From the NCBI GenBank assembly GCA_038279365.1, contig JAYODI010000002.1, positions 88,484 through 152,483 of the forward strand: a stretch of DNA of 64,000 bases, given 5' to 3'. The notes below the pieces were generated by a model that saw only the letters and a list, made by a program, of their open reading frames with translations, searched no databases and had not been told where the DNA came from. The stretch comes from Candidatus Latescibacterota bacterium. GTDB taxonomy: Bacteria > Latescibacterota > UBA2968. A program made the position numbers and the translations under genes. The first letter of the stretch is position 1; the number at the start of each line of letters is the position of its first letter. Below are positions 59,112-64,000 of the stretch, piece by piece.

Positions 59112-60953
59112 TCAATGTGCGGGTTGTACGCCATGTTGTTTGGCATATGCTTCTAAAATGGCTTCTATTTCGGCCTGAAACCGTTCCAAAGACTCAGCCA
59201 CTTGATATTGAAATTCTTCGCGAATATGTTGTTGATATTCTTGGGCTGCTTTTAACAAAACCTCTGCATTTTGCTGCAATGTATGGTAATCATTTTCCAA
59301 GTGTTTTAAACGATCCTGTAAGCCTTGCATCATCACACTGGCAGAATCCACATTGCGTTGAATGGTCTCTTTGTAATCGCCACCAAATTGCTTCAAATAG
59401 GCCAATGCCTCATCCAAAAAGGTCTTCACTTCATCAATTTGCAAGGCCTGATGCGTGGTCATTATCAAATGATTGCCCTGAACTGCCAAACGCACGCCAT
59501 CGGCAAAATCACCGGGATGATGGCGTAACATATAAGCCAAAAACTGCCAATAAATCTTCCGATAATTGCCCACAATGCCTTGATACCACAACGATTTAAA
59601 AAAGGCTTTCACTTCTGTGATCCCTATTGGCATCATATTAACAGGCTTGCGGGTGCGTCGGGCATAGTGTGTTCGACACCGTTCAAAAAACTTTTCAGGA
59701 CTGTTAAGCGTTTCTACCGTCTGGCGGTGTTGGTTTAACAAAGCATCGGGGTCACCCACAGGCACAAAACTCAACTGACGACTAAAAATACCCGAATCAC
59801 CCGTATACTTTACCCCTTCAATCAACCGCCCTTGTCGTTTATATCTTTTATAATCGGGTGTATCGCGCAACACACCCAAAATGCCCACCATGGCCACAGG
59901 AATACCCGCCTCCTGAATAAAAGCCACCATTCGCTCGCCAATATCTTCGGGGTCGGTATCTAAGCCCATAATAAAACCCGCCTGTACCTCCATCCCATAC
60001 TCTTGCAAAATTTTTACTTTATCTAACAATGGTGTGTTGCCCTGCAAATTTTTGCGGGCTCCCATAAACTTCAGACTCTCTTCAACTGGTGACTCAATAC
60101 CGGCAAATACCTTATCAAAACCCGCTTGATGCATGGCCTCCAACAAGGCCAGATCGTCACTCACTCGAATACTGGCTTGTGTGTGAAACACAAACGGATA
60201 TTTGCGCTCCTGTTGCCAAGGAATCACTTCTTCTTCCAAAGTCTGACGGATTTCTTTGCGATTGCCCACAAAATTATCATCCACCGCCATCACGGACCCG
60301 CGCCAACCAGCATTATAAAGGGCGTCCAATTCTTGAATAACACGACTGCTCGTTTTTAAACGCGCCGTTCGACCATATAAGGAGGGAATATTGCAAAACG
60401 TACAGCTTTCTGGACACCCTCTCGTAATTTGCACCACCATGGAGCTGTAATGTGAAAAGTTAATCAAGTCCCATCTTGGCACAGGCGTTTTGCTTAAACT
60501 TTGAAACGTATCTCGTCGGTCAATATACTGACGCGTAGATTTTCCACCAGCCTGCACCAACGCATCCACCACATCCATAAACCCATTTTCAGCTTCACCC
60601 AAATAAAAAACCGCATCGCCCTCAATCTCTTCGTGATACTGTGTGGGCAACGGCCCCCCATTCATCACGGGCACATTCTTTTCGTTGCATCTTTTAATCA
60701 CGGTTTCTAAGGACTGCCAATGAATAATCATGGATGACGTAATCACCACATCTGCCCAATCCAAATCGGCTTCGGTAAGAGCCTGCACATTCATATCAAC
60801 CAAACGCAAATCGTAGTGCTCGGGCATCATACCCGCAATGGTCAACAACCCCAACGGTGGAAATGCCGATTTTTTGCCAATCATCTTCAGTGCTTCGTCG
60901 AAACTCCAAAACGTAACGGGCTGTTCGGGGTAAACAAGCAAAGCCTTTGTCAT
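59112..60953 (-). CDS. B12-binding radical SAM protein (DUF4070 type) with C-terminal helical extension
   Basis: TFWSF, PPLGLLT.A, GGP, PRWDL, RGCPESCTFC, VDDNF.GN, GIES, GFIMG.D.D. Confidence 0.9.
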   Translation of the reverse strand: MTKALLVYPEQPVTFWSFDEALKMIGKKSAFPPLGLLTIAGMMPEHYDLRLVDMNVQALTEADLDWADVVITSSMIIHWQSLETVIKRCNEKNVPVMNGGPLPTQYHEEIEGDAVFYLGEAENGFMDVVDALVQAGGKSTRQYIDRRDTFQSLSKTPVPRWDLINFSHYSSMVVQITRGCPESCTFCNIPSLYGRTARLKTSSRVIQELDALYNAGWRGSVMAVDDNFVGNRKEIRQTLEEEVIPWQQERKYPFVFHTQASIRVSDDLALLEAMHQAGFDKVFAGIESPVEESLKFMGARKNLQGNTPLLDKVKILQEYGMEVQAGFIMGLDTDPEDIGERMVAFIQEAGIPVAMVGILGVLRDTPDYKRYKRQGRLIEGVKYTGDSGIFSRQLSFVPVGDPDALLNQHRQTVETLNSPEKFFERCRTHYARRTRKPVNMMPIGITEVKAFFKSLWYQGIVGNYRKIYWQFLAYMLRHHPGDFADGVRLAVQGNHLIMTTHQALQIDEVKTFLDEALAYLKQFGGDYKETIQRNVDSASVMMQGLQDRLKHLENDYHTLQQNAEVLLKAAQEYQQHIREEFQYQVAESLERFQAEIEAILEAYAKQHGVQPAH

Positions 60954-61093
60954 TTCAGCGCCATCCTTTCAAATCCGTAACATTGCGGGAGAAAGTGTCT
61001 TTGAAAACATAAGGTGCTTTTTTGGTTGTCGCAAAGAAAAAATTGCATAATTTAGGGGCATCACCAACCCAAACCCACCACAAGGAAATCTTC

Positions 61094-61834
61094 ATGCTCA
61101 CAGAAGAAGACATCTGGTATTTTAAAACAACAGGATTTTATCAGGTTCGTCAAACCTTGCCCGACGAGTTGGTTCAGCGCCTCAACGCCGTAACCGACAC
61201 AGAAATTGCCCAAATGAATGAACCCATTGTATGGGAAGAAAACGGCATTCCCAAACCAGAAAATGTACGGCGATTATCTAAAATATTCGACAGAGACCAA
61301 GTTTATTTGGAAGCCGCATCGCACCCCATCGTTTTAGACGTACTCGAAAATATTATTGGCCCAAACATTGAAATTCTTACCAACAAACACAACCACATGA
61401 TGGTGCGCCCTGCGGGGTCCTATCCAGTTCCTTGGCACGCTGGTGAAGAACCCTATGACCACACCCTCATCACGGCCTTAATCTATCTTGAAGCTTCCAC
61501 TTTGGAAAATGGCTGTATTCGCATCGTACCTGGCAGTCACAACCGCCCCTTTATCAACAAAAGACGCCCTCAAAAACAGCGTGAAGACTTTAAAGACTGT
61601 GATCATTATTACCGATCTGTTCCCATCCCAATGCCACGAGGGGGTATTCTCCTTTTTAATGACTGCTGTTTTCACGGCTCAGACACCAATTTCTCTAACC
61701 ACTCGCGCCGCAGTATGACCGTGGCCTTTCGTGCTCACGATGCCCACGACGTACTAAAAGACGACCCAGAAAAAATACTCGTGCGCGGTGAAAAAGCTTA
61801 TACGGGGCATCCGCACCCATTGATCAAAAATTAA
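61094..61834 (+). CDS. PhyH-family 2OG/Fe(II) enzyme with HxG iron motif (candidate halogenase)
   Basis: MLTEE...F...G, PWHAG, ENGC.RIVPGSH, G..L.F...HGS..N.S...RR; RBS aagga. Confidence 0.85.
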   Translation: MLTEEDIWYFKTTGFYQVRQTLPDELVQRLNAVTDTEIAQMNEPIVWEENGIPKPENVRRLSKIFDRDQVYLEAASHPIVLDVLENIIGPNIEILTNKHNHMMVRPAGSYPVPWHAGEEPYDHTLITALIYLEASTLENGCIRIVPGSHNRPFINKRRPQKQREDFKDCDHYYRSVPIPMPRGGILLFNDCCFHGSDTNFSNHSRRSMTVAFRAHDAHDVLKDDPEKILVRGEKAYTGHPHPLIKN

Positions 61835-61875
61835 ATGCTCACACCGACCCCACAACACACAGAAAACACGCTCTT

Positions 61876-63051
61876 ATGACATCAAACACACAAGCCCTCG
61901 AAGATTTGTTAGAACTCCTCGACATACCCGGCAAACCAGCCGAAGAAGCCCAAGTATCGGCCCACTTGCAAAACAAACTGATCACAATGGGTGTACCCCA
62001 AGATAATATCGTCATCGACCATGCCCAAAACCAAAGTGAATATGGGGGCAATACGGGCAACCTCATCGTTCACATCAGCGGCACAGGACAAGGTGAGCGT
62101 TGGATGTTTAGCACCCACATGGACACCGTGCCAGGTGCCGTGGGAACCTTGCCCAAAATAGAAGGCGATTGGATTGTGAGCAATGCCCCCGACAAAGCCT
62201 TAGGGGGAGACAATCGCGCAGGTTGTGCGACCCTTTTACAAGTGGCACGTGCCTTATGCGCATTAGAAGGAAACCACCCACCCGCCACATTGGTCTTTTT
62301 TATTCAGGAAGAAGTGGGCCTTGTGGGGGCACGCGGGCTTGACCTCCATGCCCTCGGCACACCTCGCCCAACCCTCTGCTTCAATTTTGATGGTGGCGCC
62401 CCCGACCAGTTGGTTACCAAGGTTATTGGCACCGAACGCTTCAACATTCACATCAAAGGTGTGGCGGCACATGCGGGCTCTCGCCCAGAAAAAGGTGTTT
62501 CTGCCGCAATGATCGCCTCCCTGGCCTTAGCAGAACTGCATCAAACGGGTTGGCATGGAAAAATTGACAATGCCGAAGGACAAGGGTCGGGCAACATTGG
62601 CACCCTAGCAGGCGGCACAGGCAGCAACGTTGTTATGCCAGAACTCCACATCTTGGCAGAGGCGCGATCTCACAGCGCAACCTTTCGCAAAACCATTATC
62701 CAAACCTACCAAAATGCCTTCCTTAAATATGCCAAACAACTCAAAAGCACAGAAGGCCTTCAGGGAAGCGTCACATTTTCTCCAGGCCCATCTTACGAAC
62801 CCTTTGACTTGGGGCAAGACACACCCGTTATTGTTGCAGCCCAACAAGCCGCAAAAGCATGTGGTTTTGAAACAACCTGTGTCACCAACAACGGTGGGAT
62901 GGATGCCAATCAAATTGTTGCACACGGCATTCCTGCCGTTACGATTGGCGTGGGACAAGAAAATGCGCACACCCCTCAAGAACGCTTAAATTTACCTCGT
63001 TTTTACCAAGCCTGTCAATTTGCCGTGGCCATTGCCACCTTGCGAAAGTAA
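61876..63051 (+). CDS. M20/M25/M40 family metallopeptidase (peptidase T-like)
   Basis: HMDTVP, LGGDNRAG, EEVGL.G, DG, AHAG..PEKGVSA, GGMDAN, HT..E. Confidence 0.9.
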   Translation: MTSNTQALEDLLELLDIPGKPAEEAQVSAHLQNKLITMGVPQDNIVIDHAQNQSEYGGNTGNLIVHISGTGQGERWMFSTHMDTVPGAVGTLPKIEGDWIVSNAPDKALGGDNRAGCATLLQVARALCALEGNHPPATLVFFIQEEVGLVGARGLDLHALGTPRPTLCFNFDGGAPDQLVTKVIGTERFNIHIKGVAAHAGSRPEKGVSAAMIASLALAELHQTGWHGKIDNAEGQGSGNIGTLAGGTGSNVVMPELHILAEARSHSATFRKTIIQTYQNAFLKYAKQLKSTEGLQGSVTFSPGPSYEPFDLGQDTPVIVAAQQAAKACGFETTCVTNNGGMDANQIVAHGIPAVTIGVGQENAHTPQERLNLPRFYQACQFAVAIATLRK

Positions 63052-63053
63052 TC

Positions 63054-64000
63054 ATGCCCAATATCCCCGATATCCAGACCCAGTGTTTTGAAACCCCACA
63101 ACACGACCTGCTCGAAAACGTGGTGCAAAGTGACCGACTACGCATCAACCAAAACGACATAGAAAATTGGTCTCGCATTCAAACACGCACCGAATGGGAA
63201 CAGTATTACCAACCGCGCATAGAAGCCCTTCGCCAATCGTTAGGTCACTTTCCTTCCCCTCCCAAATCACTTGCCACGCACATAACCAGAACCATTCCCA
63301 GCAAAGCATACACCATTGAAAACATCGTTTTCGAAAGCCGAGAAAACATCTTTGTCTCTGCCAACCGCTATGTGCCATCGCCACGCAAAGACCAAATGCC
63401 CGGCATCATACTTGTGCACAGCCACCACAACCCCAAAGTACAGGTCGAGTTACAAGATATGGGCATTTTGTGGGCAAAAGCAGGATGTGTGGTTTTGGTC
63501 ATAGATCAATTTGGATATGGCGACCGAAGAGACCACACCTTTGCCCCCCGACAAGATTATTGGTTTCGCCACATCACGGGCCAACAACTCCACACCCTGG
63601 GCGACAGCCTCATGGGATGGATGGTCTGGGACATTCACCGCTGTGTGGATCTGTTGCTTGCTGACCCCAATATCGCACCCGACAAAATCATTGTTATGGG
63701 ATCAGTTGCTGGTGGCGGCGACCCGTGTGCTGTAGCTGCGGCATTGGATCAGCGCATAGGATGTGCCGTACCCTTTAATTTTGGGGGGCCACAACCCGAA
63801 TCGCCCTATCCACTCCCACATGATGCACATCAAACATTTAACTACTTGGGCAATGGCGGTTGGGAATCGACACGCAACCTTCGGCTTAGTGGGCAGCACG
63901 GTTTCTTGCCGTGGCTTATTGTGGGCAGCATAGCCCCACGCAAACTCATTTATGCCCACGAATTTGCGTGGGACAAAGAACGAGACCCCGTTTGGACACG
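63054..64000 (+). CDS. Alpha/beta-hydrolase (acetylxylan esterase-like), truncated by window end
   Basis: Open frame from ATG 63054 to the edge, absent from ORF track (no stop): IENIVFES, PGIILVHSHH, DQFGYGDR, GWMVWDI.R.VDLL, MGSVAGGGD. Confidence 0.8.
   Translation, partial: MPNIPDIQTQCFETPQHDLLENVVQSDRLRINQNDIENWSRIQTRTEWEQYYQPRIEALRQSLGHFPSPPKSLATHITRTIPSKAYTIENIVFESRENIFVSANRYVPSPRKDQMPGIILVHSHHNPKVQVELQDMGILWAKAGCVVLVIDQFGYGDRRDHTFAPRQDYWFRHITGQQLHTLGDSLMGWMVWDIHRCVDLLLADPNIAPDKIIVMGSVAGGGDPCAVAAALDQRIGCAVPFNFGGPQPESPYPLPHDAHQTFNYLGNGGWESTRNLRLSGQHGFLPWLIVGSIAPRKLIYAHEFAWDKERDPVWT

Overview
A gene-dense, mostly core/metabolic bacterial chromosome segment with about 55 CDS and 2 tRNAs. 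I see no rRNA, CRISPR array, prophage or IS element. The content suggests a diderm of the FCB superphylum, possibly Latescibacterota-like (inference from an SprA-like giant beta-barrel, LptFG, a sulfatase, a heparinase-like lyase and several Gfo/Idh/MocA and TIM-barrel sugar enzymes). Main blocks: (1) a histidine kinase / REC-HisKA / helical-repeat operon; (2) nrdR-nrdJ with a consensus promoter and two NrdR boxes 31 bp apart; (3) a PufC-like tetrahaem cytochrome and a phosphodiesterase downstream of tRNA-Arg and tRNA-His; (4) TetR, a cNMP-binding protein, a SAMHD1-like HD protein and an M23 peptidase; (5) lptFG divergent from sprA-comEA-pilM-like-NYN-obgE-dprA, convergent on lexA; (6) an orphan PqqD/RRE and a nearby hypothetical; (7) sufBCDSUT-rrf2-nfuA; (8) accessory catabolic genes. 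Most notable observations: a PhyH-fold 2OG/Fe(II) enzyme with the halogenase-type HxG iron motif, divergent from a B12 radical SAM gene; an SprA-like barrel co-oriented with DNA-uptake genes, with a sigma54-type promoter before dprA; a hybrid Gram-positive/Fibrobacter-type SOS box at lexA; tandem IscR-like operators at suf; and three heptamer tandem arrays, two of which bracket an HNH-sulfatase-oxidoreductase block. Product calls come from motif recognition only. Several starts were moved from the ORF track to RBS-supported ATGs.
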